Positions 30,946-40,154 of a DNA stretch of 64,000 nt are shown here, piece by piece. The stretch's first letter is position 1; every line of letters begins with the position of its first letter. The position numbers were made by a program, and so were the translations under genes. The notes below the pieces were generated by a model. That model did no database searches. It had not been told where the DNA came from and saw only the letters and a program-made list of their open reading frames with translations. Source of the DNA: Candidatus Atabeyarchaeum deiterrae (GTDB lineage: Archaea > Asgardarchaeota > Atabeyarchaeia > Atabeyarchaeales > Atabeyarchaeaceae); the NCBI GenBank assembly GCA_037310415.1, contig CP147780.1, forward strand, positions 2,112,001 through 2,176,000, written 5' to 3'.

Positions 30946-31701
30946 TTGGATCAACTTGAGAGAGCTGACTTTTCACAATCCAGAGATAGTACCGGCATAC
31001 ATAGACTTGATGAAGTAATCGGAGGAGGTTTTCCAAGACCATCAACGACGGCAATAGTTGGTGCACCCGGCTCAGGAACAACATCATTCTGTACGCAATT
31101 CGCAGTGTCGTCGCTACTGGAAGGAAGAAAAGTTCTAATAGTCTGTACTGACGAACCCGTCGAACATTTCCTAAGGTACTTCAAGTCACGGGGGCCATTG
31201 GATGTCGATTCTTATCTGGAGGAAAAAAAACTAGTCGTCGTCGACATGTATGGCAAGTTCATAGAGCATATCGGGATAAGAGACTATGGTGATGTGAACT
31301 TGGTCCGAGAGTTTCCTCTTAATAAGTTTATCCTCGAGACAAGGAGAGCTGTGCAGACTGAGGAAGGAGAGGAGCCAAGTGGACTGACCACTATCCTTGA
31401 TTCAGTCACAGCTCTATCTCCTTTCTTGGGCGTTCGTGATATATATAGAGGAGTACGTGAAGTGCAGGATTTGATCAGGGCACATAACAATATCGTTCTG
31501 ATGACGGTTCATGAGGGTGTGCTTGAAGGCAACTTCGTTCAGGCTGTAAGACAGCAAGCTGACAATGTCATCAGAATGAAGATGCGCTGGGTTAGATCGA
31601 ATCTGAAAAGAGAGATGATAATTGAAAAGGTGGGCTTCACGGAGATCAAGCAACCAGTGCTGGGCTTTGTAATAACCGAACGAGGAATCGAAATCATCTA
31701 A
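30946..31701 (+). CDS. KaiC/RAD55-like RecA-fold protein, type A copy 2, degenerate Walker A
   Basis: STGIHRLDEVIGGGFP, GAPGSGTT, ILDS, IIEKVGFTEIKQ. Confidence 0.88.
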   Translation: MDQLERADFSQSRDSTGIHRLDEVIGGGFPRPSTTAIVGAPGSGTTSFCTQFAVSSLLEGRKVLIVCTDEPVEHFLRYFKSRGPLDVDSYLEEKKLVVVDMYGKFIEHIGIRDYGDVNLVREFPLNKFILETRRAVQTEEGEEPSGLTTILDSVTALSPFLGVRDIYRGVREVQDLIRAHNNIVLMTVHEGVLEGNFVQAVRQQADNVIRMKMRWVRSNLKREMIIEKVGFTEIKQPVLGFVITERGIEII

Positions 31702-31844
31702 GTTGATCTCCTATTGAAGTGGTTAATGTGGCTCCATTCAGATCGAGGCAAGAATGACAATCTACTCCCGTACCGAAAGAGTGAGATTTGTCCCTCTGAG
31801 AAGAGATTGCCTAGTCGCTGGGAAGTTGAGAGAGTGAATCAGAT

Positions 31845-32624
31845 TTGATACCAAAGTCAAGTACCTTCAGAGTTGACACTGAGAGAATTCCATCTGGTAT
31901 AACACTACTAGACAGGACACTTGCCGGAGGATTGCCCAGAGGAACGTTCATCTGTATCGACGGAGACATAGGAACTGGGACATCAACCTTCTGCATCCAA
32001 ACCGTGTGGTCAAGATTGACTCGTGGAGGAATGGCAGCATACGTATGCCTCGACGATCCCCCCGAGAGAGTGATTGAGCATTTCAGGAGTTACGGATTGA
32101 ACGTTGATGCCTACATCGAAAAGAACCAGCTCCTGCTATTTGACGCTCACTCATTAATGAATTCGCTGGCTTCTGCGACAAAGGGTCAGGATCAGGCAGC
32201 GGAGCAGGACAATCTATTTAAAGAACTGGCAGCCAGATTCGACTCCAAGTCCTCTACTCAATTGAGTGACCATCGGAATCTTGGATTTCCTCGAGTAAGT
32301 GTGATCGACTCGATTTCCGCAGCCGCGCCCTATACCAACCTTAAGTCAACATATGTCCTTGCACATCTAATTGCTGATCAAGCTAAGAGGAGCATGAATA
32401 TTGCTGTGGCAGTGACTCATACGGGTGCCCTTGAAGCTAACGTTTTTTCTGCATGCAGCTCGGTGGCGGATGGCATCATTAGAATGGAGTACAGCTTCAC
32501 AAGAGGCGAACTTAAGAGACTAATGCGAATTGAGAAAATGGCTTTCACACCGATACCAGCTAGACCACTTGAGTACAAGATTACAAGCAAGAACGGCATA
32601 GAGATACTTGACAACCAAAGATGA
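31845..32624 (+). CDS. KaiC/RAD55-like RecA-fold protein, type B copy 2, degenerate Walker A
   Basis: RIPSGITLLDRTLAGGLP, GDIGTGTS, VIDS, RIEKMAFT. Confidence 0.88.
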   Translation: MIPKSSTFRVDTERIPSGITLLDRTLAGGLPRGTFICIDGDIGTGTSTFCIQTVWSRLTRGGMAAYVCLDDPPERVIEHFRSYGLNVDAYIEKNQLLLFDAHSLMNSLASATKGQDQAAEQDNLFKELAARFDSKSSTQLSDHRNLGFPRVSVIDSISAAAPYTNLKSTYVLAHLIADQAKRSMNIAVAVTHTGALEANVFSACSSVADGIIRMEYSFTRGELKRLMRIEKMAFTPIPARPLEYKITSKNGIEILDNQR

Positions 32625-32698
32625 AGAACAAGAAGCTGGATATATCAGTTGCATTACAGCACGCACTACTGATCTATTTACATCAATGACATAGGAGA

Positions 32699-32959
32699 GT
32701 GCGTTTGGGCAAAATCGTGGGTGAGTTTAGCAAAGCCATCGCAGATAAGGTGCAGAAGAGAATCGAGGAAGTTGGACTAGTAGAGTTCATGCGAAAGACT
32801 GGAAAGAAAGAGTATGACATGCTCTCATTGTTCCGAGAGACTGGCATCAAGTCGGATAGTGTGAAAAACGAACTGTCATGCTGGGACAAGGCGCTCCAGT
32901 TTAAAGCATCTGGAGTCGAGAGTTGTTACCTCGATATAAAAGGAGGAAGAATTGGTTAA
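32699..32959 (+). CDS. Small hypothetical protein downstream of the KaiC-like array
   Basis: 86-aa ORF with AGGAG SD, co-directional with the array. Confidence 0.55.
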   Translation: MRLGKIVGEFSKAIADKVQKRIEEVGLVEFMRKTGKKEYDMLSLFRETGIKSDSVKNELSCWDKALQFKASGVESCYLDIKGGRIG

Positions 32960-35679
32960 GATTTCGATATTCTGAATTTGAAACTAGCGGTTGCTGATGG
33001 GATTGTGACCTCAGCAACGCCCCCTTCATCGATGGTCTTGAAAGATGCAACTGCTCCATTCACGACACATTTGACTTTCGCGCGCCTCCAGCGCTTGGGC
33101 AGTTTCACTCTTAAGACAAGTTCTTCTCCAGGCTTCCGAGTATATGCGCCTTGGATGTAGTGGTCGGTAAATTCAACTTCGATAACAGGTGTTCTCAAAA
33201 TGAAATTCTTGAATGGAACCAATGGGTTCAAATTAAGCCCTTGACGGGTGGGCTCTATTCCAGAGAGCTTAAGCAGTGCCAAAAGAAAATTCGCGTGAAG
33301 ATTGAGATTCATGATGGGAAAGTCGGTCGTTGGCGTTGGGAACTGGTAGTATGTCTCGCCTGGTCGGCGAGCATAGGACGCGTTGAAGGCATCTGGACCG
33401 CTCCAGATACCATACCAAACATCTGGATATAACTCAGCATGGTGCGCCAAGGAGTTCTTAACCATAGAGTTCCAAGCCTTTTCTGGATCATATCTGCCAT
33501 ATCCCCAGGTTAGCAAGAAGTCAATCGCAAACCATGTTCCACCGTTAACATCCCAGCCTTGCTCAAGGTAGTCGAACATGGTCTTGAGTGGCGGGAAAAC
33601 TAGGAATTGCCCAAAGTTTGAAGGTTTGTCAGTTATCTTGTAGACGCTATTGATGAGCTTACCCGCGTAGCTGCGGGGCAATGCTCCTGAGATTAGAAGC
33701 CACGGAACTGGCTCAAGGAAAATGTTCTTGTCTCCAATTGCGTTGCCCATCCCGTCCCATCCTCTGTAGAACCATTTTCCATTCCAGGATTTCAAACAAT
33801 TGTCGCGCAGCTTCTCACTCACTGCCATGATCTTCTCGCTGTACTCCTTATCCTGGTTTTCCAGAATAGAGGCTATCCTTGGAAGTACGTAGAGCGCAAG
33901 CGCAGAGTTGAACATTGATTCTCCATTTTTGATGAACTTACTTCTGCTCTTCACCATGGTTGAGATCCCATCGTTCCAGTCTCCATCGCCGACCCTGATC
34001 AGACCGTGTTCTCCTAAGCCGACTTCATTAAGAAGGAAATCAATTGATAGTTTTATTCGTTCTAAGACTGTTGAGGAAGTCCCGCTGGACTTGGGGTAGA
34101 ATGGAAGGACTTTCTTGAGGAACTCGAAGTCTCGGGTTGCGAAAACGTATTCAGAGATTCCCAACATTAGAAACAATGGAAGATCTGACGGATTTGTGTG
34201 AACGACTGCTCCGCTAACCATGCCAAAGCCATGGATCATGTAGCGGAGTCTTCCTTTGGGTGTCATGAGTCGCAGGGTATACTCAAGCATCTCTCTCGCG
34301 AGACGCGGTTCTATGTAGATCATGGGAATGGTGTACAACATGAAGTCACGAGGAGCGCCTTGAAGTCCTTGCAGATAATTGTATGCTCCACCTTGAGGGA
34401 GTAGATGGTTTTCGAAGTACTCGTCGTATAGCGCTGCGCTTCTAAGATAGTAGGAGTGCCACTTAGCTTCGCGGCTGACCCAATTGTTCTTCTTACTATC
34501 ACCGGTGCTGAACTCAACTAAGCTACGCGCCCAGCTTTCAGCGTTTCTATTGAGGAGTGGAAAAGAGTGTTCTCTTGGCAACTTGGATTGCGCGCCTTCA
34601 GACGCCGAGGCTAGGAGAGATATGTATTTGTTGATCAGCATGAAGTTCTCGCCTTCGCTGGCGTATCCGAGCAGGAACGTGAGTTTTCTCGACTCCTTCG
34701 GCTTGAGGTGGATCTCCACACCTAAGCACAGGCATGGAAGATCCTTAACGCCTACGTTGCTTTTAAACGGTTCTTGATGAGCGGCGAATTTTCCTCGGCT
34801 GTCAATAAGGTTTCGGGTAGACACAATGACTCGTATGGGAATAGCATCCAAGGCCGAAAGGAAGACCCGCCTAGGATAGTAGTTCCTTGTTGAAGGCTCG
34901 TCCTCCAGTGGTCGGCTTCTTCTCCTATACTTCGGTTCAAGTATTAGTGTTTTCAGGAATGATATGTACTTAGATTCATGACTGAACTTCGATGAGAAGG
35001 AGTTCCTTACCTGTTCAGGCGAACGGTGCGCAACGTAGCTAGCATACCTTAATGCGTTCCCTACTACGTTAAGAGGGCCTCGCCCAGCAAAACGCCTTCT
35101 ATTCCTGTTAAAATAAATAAGCGCAGCTATTATGCTCTGAATTTCGATGCCCCAGTAATCATATAATATTAGGTCTTTGGGGGAATTGGAATTGTTTTTG
35201 ACGTTCAGCTCTGATATTACTACCGGGTCGTCAGAGAACGGGGGGAAAACCACATGATCAACGTTGACGCCGTTTCGCTCTGCGGTTTTACGGAAGTAAC
35301 CCGTCCCAAAAACGCGTCGGTATCCGTTCTCAAAGTTGGACTGCGAGAATAGGTCACTCCATGCTGCCGTCTCCGCGTCTCCTTTTTCTTCTATGATTGC
35401 TATTCCGCCGCCCGCCCTTCCCCGCTTCGTGTCTCTGCGCGACAGCCATTGGAGACCTCGGGAGCTCTCGACGACCTCAACGTAGCCTCCGTTGTGTGCA
35501 AGAACGTTGAGACGGTCATTTCCGAGTTGATGCCAGTGATCTCTTGAGAAGCCACTAGCTGTAAATGAAGGAGCTTTGGGGTCAAACTCGTGGTTACATG
35601 TATATTCATAAGCTGGCAGACCAAATTCGTCAGTGATCCAATGCCCGAAGTGACCATTCCCGTTCATTATCGCAATCAT
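32956..35679 (-). CDS. GH94-like glycoside phosphorylase/hydrolase
   Basis: GDGDWNDG catalytic-type motif, WNGKWFYRG, QGAPRD, NGG. Confidence 0.75.
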   Translation of the reverse strand: MIAIMNGNGHFGHWITDEFGLPAYEYTCNHEFDPKAPSFTASGFSRDHWHQLGNDRLNVLAHNGGYVEVVESSRGLQWLSRRDTKRGRAGGGIAIIEEKGDAETAAWSDLFSQSNFENGYRRVFGTGYFRKTAERNGVNVDHVVFPPFSDDPVVISELNVKNNSNSPKDLILYDYWGIEIQSIIAALIYFNRNRRRFAGRGPLNVVGNALRYASYVAHRSPEQVRNSFSSKFSHESKYISFLKTLILEPKYRRRSRPLEDEPSTRNYYPRRVFLSALDAIPIRVIVSTRNLIDSRGKFAAHQEPFKSNVGVKDLPCLCLGVEIHLKPKESRKLTFLLGYASEGENFMLINKYISLLASASEGAQSKLPREHSFPLLNRNAESWARSLVEFSTGDSKKNNWVSREAKWHSYYLRSAALYDEYFENHLLPQGGAYNYLQGLQGAPRDFMLYTIPMIYIEPRLAREMLEYTLRLMTPKGRLRYMIHGFGMVSGAVVHTNPSDLPLFLMLGISEYVFATRDFEFLKKVLPFYPKSSGTSSTVLERIKLSIDFLLNEVGLGEHGLIRVGDGDWNDGISTMVKSRSKFIKNGESMFNSALALYVLPRIASILENQDKEYSEKIMAVSEKLRDNCLKSWNGKWFYRGWDGMGNAIGDKNIFLEPVPWLLISGALPRSYAGKLINSVYKITDKPSNFGQFLVFPPLKTMFDYLEQGWDVNGGTWFAIDFLLTWGYGRYDPEKAWNSMVKNSLAHHAELYPDVWYGIWSGPDAFNASYARRPGETYYQFPTPTTDFPIMNLNLHANFLLALLKLSGIEPTRQGLNLNPLVPFKNFILRTPVIEVEFTDHYIQGAYTRKPGEELVLRVKLPKRWRRAKVKCVVNGAVASFKTIDEGGVAEVTIPSATASFKFRISKS

Positions 35680-35748
35680 CCTTCCAAAACAATACGCGAC
35701 CCTTAACCCCGTTGAATATTGCCGTGTCAGATCAAGTTATTCATCTTT

Positions 35749-36201
35749 TTACGATTCTCGACCGAGTTTTATTAGCTCAAATATGACACCAGAGATTCTT
35801 GCCGTGTCCAAATATGCATATTCCACTCCGAGAACCTTCCCTCGCTCCAGTAACTTTATTCCCTTCTTCTCCAATTCTCCAAGTCTCTTGTCAATGTCAG
35901 AAACATAGAAACCTAGATGGTGCAGTCCTTCTCGTCCCTGCTTTAGGAAATCAGAGTGCAGAGTCTCCCCCTCAACAACCTCGATCAACTCGAATTGGAT
36001 TCCCCCGACCTGGCCTAGTGATATCCTTAGCTTAGACTTTCCTCTTTGACTTGTGTTTTCTGCAACCATGGAATCGAATTTCCCAAGACCCAGTGTCTTC
36101 CCATAGAATTCAAGTACCTTGTCTGTATTCTTCACGACTATTCCGATCTGCTTGAGGCTTCCAAGGCCAAGATCCTTTGCCACATCCTTCTTGGTACTCA
36201 T
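35749..36201 (-). CDS. VOC/glyoxalase family protein (MCE-like)
   Basis: QIGIVV, QFELIE, EGLHHLGF, FELI. Confidence 0.85.
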   Translation of the reverse strand: MSTKKDVAKDLGLGSLKQIGIVVKNTDKVLEFYGKTLGLGKFDSMVAENTSQRGKSKLRISLGQVGGIQFELIEVVEGETLHSDFLKQGREGLHHLGFYVSDIDKRLGELEKKGIKLLERGKVLGVEYAYLDTARISGVIFELIKLGRES

Positions 36202-36404
36202 GGGTTAGGCATCTCCTCCCACGCTTGTTCATGACGGTATGCATTGGTAATAATTGCATCGTTCTATGTTTTCTAGTTTTCCATTCGAGTTAACTCCAGC
36301 AACAAAAGGCATGCTTAGTCTTCATTGCATGGAACACTCTCTCAGAAAATGGGTACAGAGAAAAGAAAAATGGAGGAATACCTTACCTCCAACCGTTGGG
36401 ACTA

Positions 36405-37226
36405 CTAAGATTCTTCCTTCTCCGACTTCTTTGCTTTCCGCGTGACTGCACCGGCCACTGCAACCGATTCTGCTAAGTTCGCGGATAATGATGATGACGT
36501 TACTATGACCATATTCTTCTCTCTAGCGATGTCAGTCAAAGTTTGCAGCTCTCTGATTCTGAGTGCAATGGGTTCGTTTTCAAACTTCTTTGCTGCCTCA
36601 GCTAATGTCCCTGAAGCTTGAAGCTCGCCTTCAGCAACAATAATTCTAGCCCTTCTCTCCCGTTCCGCCTCAGCTTGCTTAGCGATGGCTCTCTGCATCT
36701 CAGGTGGTATCGTAACGTCTCTTATCAGAACCGCAGTGACCTTTATCCCCCAAGATTCTGTAGCTTGGTCTATGATCCCTTGTATCTTCTTGTTCAACTC
36801 GTCTCTTTTCGCAAGTAGCTCATCGAGTTCAACTTGGCCCAGAGTATCTCGGAGAGTAGTCTGGGCAAGTAGGTTGGTGGCATCTGCGAAATCTACCACC
36901 CTGACAATTGCCTTGCCTGGATCGAGCACGCGATAGTATACAACTGCATCAACATCGACAGTCACGTTGTCGCGGGTAATGACTCTCTGCTTTGGTACGT
37001 CTGAAGTCACTAGTCTCAAGTCTACGACGATGAACTTGTCGAGGAATGGAATCTTGAAGAAAAGCCCTGGACCCTTTGCTCCAACAAGTCTGCCAAGTCG
37101 GAAGATTACGGCTCTCTGGTATTCTTTCACCAGTCTTATTGAAGCAGCCAACAAGGCGACGAACAGGAAAACGATGATGAACAGTATCATCCAGAAGAAC
37201 GGGTCCGAAAAATCAAATAGTGCCAT
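36405..37226 (-). CDS. SPFH/stomatin (slipin) family protein
   Basis: EYQRAVIFRLGR, TRDNVTV.VDAVVYYR, AQTTLR, QAEAERERRA. Confidence 0.93.
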   Translation of the reverse strand: MALFDFSDPFFWMILFIIVFLFVALLAASIRLVKEYQRAVIFRLGRLVGAKGPGLFFKIPFLDKFIVVDLRLVTSDVPKQRVITRDNVTVDVDAVVYYRVLDPGKAIVRVVDFADATNLLAQTTLRDTLGQVELDELLAKRDELNKKIQGIIDQATESWGIKVTAVLIRDVTIPPEMQRAIAKQAEAERERRARIIVAEGELQASGTLAEAAKKFENEPIALRIRELQTLTDIAREKNMVIVTSSSLSANLAESVAVAGAVTRKAKKSEKEES

Positions 37227-37277
37227 TCTCTCTTCCTCACAGGTCAGTCTATTCTAATGGATAGAAACGTTTTCACT

Positions 37278-37344
37278 CTATAAAAAGCTTTCCCTAAGCC
37301 TCGCTTCCATAGAGGGTTGAAAGATGCGTATATTAAAGCTTTCC
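37278..37344 (-). promoter_or_regulatory. Two tandem BRE-TATA elements upstream of the stomatin gene
   Basis: Minus strand GAAAGCTTTAATA (~37331-37343) and GAAAGCTTTTTATA (~37279-37292). Confidence 0.5.
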
Positions 37345-37480
37345 GTAAATTCCCTTGCTTGCAGGCGATGCTTGCCGCGGTTCAACCGGTTAGTCGAAGT
37401 CTGAAGATCTTTTCGATAAACGATAGCGTGGTTATGGCGCACTTTGATTCATATTCTTTGAGATAGAAAAGGAATGCTGA

Positions 37481-38308
37481 CTACTTTATCAGTTTCCTAT
37501 TCATCGCTATAATCGCAAGTACTAGCAGAACGAAGGTGACAATACCGATCCAAGCGAGACTGATGAGCATTTGACTAAGATCGATCATGTTGACCATAAG
37601 CTGTCTCATGACAATGACACCGTGTGTCAACGGGAATATGGTAAGAACCAATGCTTGAAGCGCCCCTGGGAGGATGGTGATTGGGAAGAAGGTTCCGCTA
37701 AATAGGAACATTGGGGTTATGAGGAAGAAGGTTGCATAGTTGAACGAGTCGATGTTGGGTGCAATCGCCGTGCAGCACATGCCCAGAGCCGAAGATAGAA
37801 GCCCGAATAGTAGGCTGAACGGTATGATAAGGAGCAGGAAAACTGCATTTGCAGATGCAAAGAGTGGAACGAGACCGAGCAAACCGAGTCCTGTAACCAT
37901 TACCAGCACTATTGTGCCGTATACCATTCCCTTGAATGCTGCAAAAACCATTTCGCCCGTGATGACTTCTTCGAGGGTCAGTGGTGTGGCCGTTATGGCA
38001 TCAAAAGTTTTCTGGTAGGTCATTCTAACGAAGCTTCCGTAAGTGGTTTCGAAGAATGCAGAGTTCATCACTGCTATCGCAACAACTGCTGGTGCTATGA
38101 ACAAGATGTAGGGAACTCCTTCCACCCCGCCTGGCACGAGGTTTCCAAAGCCAAAGCCCATGGCAACGAGGTACAGGACCGGCTCCAGGAAGGGTAAAAC
38201 AAGGTTTACCGTCCAAGTTTTCAGGTATACGTCCAAGTCTCTTCTCCAGACCTTCCAGAATCGGCCACTTATGTTTGAATACCAGGGGCTCCGGATTCTC
38301 TTGTGCAA
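37481..38308 (-). CDS. ABC-2 type permease (NodJ-like)
   Basis: EPVLYL.AMGFG, FFETTYGSF.RM, PMFLFSGTFFP, PLTH. Confidence 0.9.
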   Translation of the reverse strand: MHKRIRSPWYSNISGRFWKVWRRDLDVYLKTWTVNLVLPFLEPVLYLVAMGFGFGNLVPGGVEGVPYILFIAPAVVAIAVMNSAFFETTYGSFVRMTYQKTFDAITATPLTLEEVITGEMVFAAFKGMVYGTIVLVMVTGLGLLGLVPLFASANAVFLLLIIPFSLLFGLLSSALGMCCTAIAPNIDSFNYATFFLITPMFLFSGTFFPITILPGALQALVLTIFPLTHGVIVMRQLMVNMIDLSQMLISLAWIGIVTFVLLVLAIIAMNRKLIK

Positions 38309-38346
38309 AGTTTCTTAACCCTCTCACAGACAAGTGTGTCTAATGG

Positions 38347-39348
38347 CTATCCTTCTCGTATTTCTCTTCCAGTTAGCTTAAGAAAGAGGTCCTCTAGCGA
38401 TGCCTCTCTTACCAGAGTCTCTCTCAATGTGATTTTTTCCTTGAGTTGATTTTGGAGTTCTTCAGGTTGATTTGTGAAAAGGAATATCTTTTCGCCTTCT
38501 CTTTGGAACTCCACATTGATGTGGTTCTTGTGAATGAGTTTTTCGACCTCGTCTGCTGGTTCGACTCTTACAACCCATTTGCTGAGCTTTTCGTGAACGA
38601 GATTTCTTGGGTTTCCTTCGGCGATGATTTTGCCTTCGTTCATGATTATGATCCTATCGCACAACTCGGTTGCTTCTTCCATGTTCTGTGTAGCCAAGAT
38701 GATTGTCACGCCTTGATGTCTTAGAAGGTCAACTTGCTCCCAGATCAGACGCTTAGTCTGGGGATCGAGTCCAGTGGTTGGCTCGTCGAGGATTAGGATC
38801 TCGGGATTGTTGATGAGGGCTCTGGCAAGTATCAGTCTCCTTTTCATTCCCCCAGACAGAGACTCGATGACTACGTTGCCCTTCTTTTCAAGGCCTAGCA
38901 TTCTCAGTAAACGCTTGGCTCGTTTCTCAGCCTCATTCTTGGGCATTTTGAAGTACCGTGCATATACCGTCAGGTTCTTCATAGTTGTGAAATCTGGATC
39001 CAAGTTGTTTTCTTGGGGGGCGACACCCATGATCGCCTTTATCGATCTGTAGTCTTCGTCAATGTTCATACCGTCGATCGTTATTTTTCCTGAGGTTCTT
39101 GGAAGCACGCATTGCAGCATTTTTATCGTTGTCGTCTTTCCAGCGCCATTTGGTCCAAGGAAACCGAAGCATTCACCTCGGTTCACGGTGAAACTTACGC
39201 TCTTTACTGCAACCAGTTTGCCATAAGCTTTAGTCAGATTTTCAACTGAAACCAAGGCAGATGAAGAACGCTGCTGCTTCGTTGACGGCGTCATGGTGAA
39301 ACGCATATTGGAGGACTTTAGATAAGCTTTTCGACAACATCCCTTCAT
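38347..39348 (-). CDS. ABC transporter ATP-binding protein (NodI/DrrA-like); likely start ~39294
   Basis: GPNGAGKTT, LSGGMKRR, LDEPTTGLDP. Confidence 0.93.
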   Translation of the reverse strand: MKGCCRKAYLKSSNMRFTMTPSTKQQRSSSALVSVENLTKAYGKLVAVKSVSFTVNRGECFGFLGPNGAGKTTTIKMLQCVLPRTSGKITIDGMNIDEDYRSIKAIMGVAPQENNLDPDFTTMKNLTVYARYFKMPKNEAEKRAKRLLRMLGLEKKGNVVIESLSGGMKRRLILARALINNPEILILDEPTTGLDPQTKRLIWEQVDLLRHQGVTIILATQNMEEATELCDRIIIMNEGKIIAEGNPRNLVHEKLSKWVVRVEPADEVEKLIHKNHINVEFQREGEKIFLFTNQPEELQNQLKEKITLRETLVREASLEDLFLKLTGREIREG

Positions 39349-39436
39349 CCAGACTTATCCTACCGAGCATGGAAGCTACTGCATTGTTCGCGGAGATACC
39401 AGCTGACAGACTTAGCAAAAAGCTTCCAGAAGCCGG

Positions 39437-39868
39437 TTAACGTGTGCAGACCTTACTATCATTCTCCGATTCGGCTCCTCCCTCAAGTTCTTGTGTTACC
39501 AAAGATCCAATGAACAACCAGATTACGAATGCAAAAATGAGCTGAAGCACTGTCCCGATCAGCATTAATGTGAAGAAGAGCATGAGGGAGACTAGAAGCG
39601 CGCCTATGTAGAGGTCGTGCAACTTCTTGTTGCAAGGCAGACCACTTATCAGTCTACGATGTAGAAACGACGCTTTCACGCTTACACCAGTATTCTTTAG
39701 CACCATGAGGGTTAGGACTAACCAGATGAAGAACGCCGCAAATGCGGGGATCATGAAAAGGACATCGAAGAAAGCAACCGCTGAAAAGGTGACTATTAAT
39801 AGGAAAAGACCGAGAAACATCAGGTCTTGAGCGATCGTCGCCGGCCTTCTGTCCTTTTCTCTCTTCAT
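39437..39868 (-). CDS. Hypothetical 4-TM membrane protein
   Basis: Two hydrophobic hairpins. Confidence 0.65.
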   Translation of the reverse strand: MKREKDRRPATIAQDLMFLGLFLLIVTFSAVAFFDVLFMIPAFAAFFIWLVLTLMVLKNTGVSVKASFLHRRLISGLPCNKKLHDLYIGALLVSLMLFFTLMLIGTVLQLIFAFVIWLFIGSLVTQELEGGAESENDSKVCTR

Positions 39869-40154
39869 GGATCAGTCTCTGGTTAACTCCGTAGATATAT
39901 ATTTTTGTTAAGCGCGTCTCTAAGGTTTGGTCAAATAAAAAGGGAAGGCCTTGATGCGATATATGACACAGCCGGTTGCGAGCTTCCCGGCTTGAAAATT
40001 GGCTCCATCCAAGCAGGTTCTTGAGCAAAAGTATAAATCATGTCGAGTCGGATACTATCGCTCGAGGTATTTGAGGTGATTGGCTGGAGACTAATCGAGA
40101 ATCACATTTGAGTACGGTGAAGTCCTAGCTTGAAGTGGCTTTGGGGACGAGAAC

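Noticed and set aside
29134-32624. A cyanobacterial-type circadian clock, RadA/RadB recombinases or FlaH
   Set aside because: These are single-domain proteins with no kaiA/kaiB, archaellum or gas-vesicle genes nearby, no RadA HhH domain, and degenerate catalytic residues
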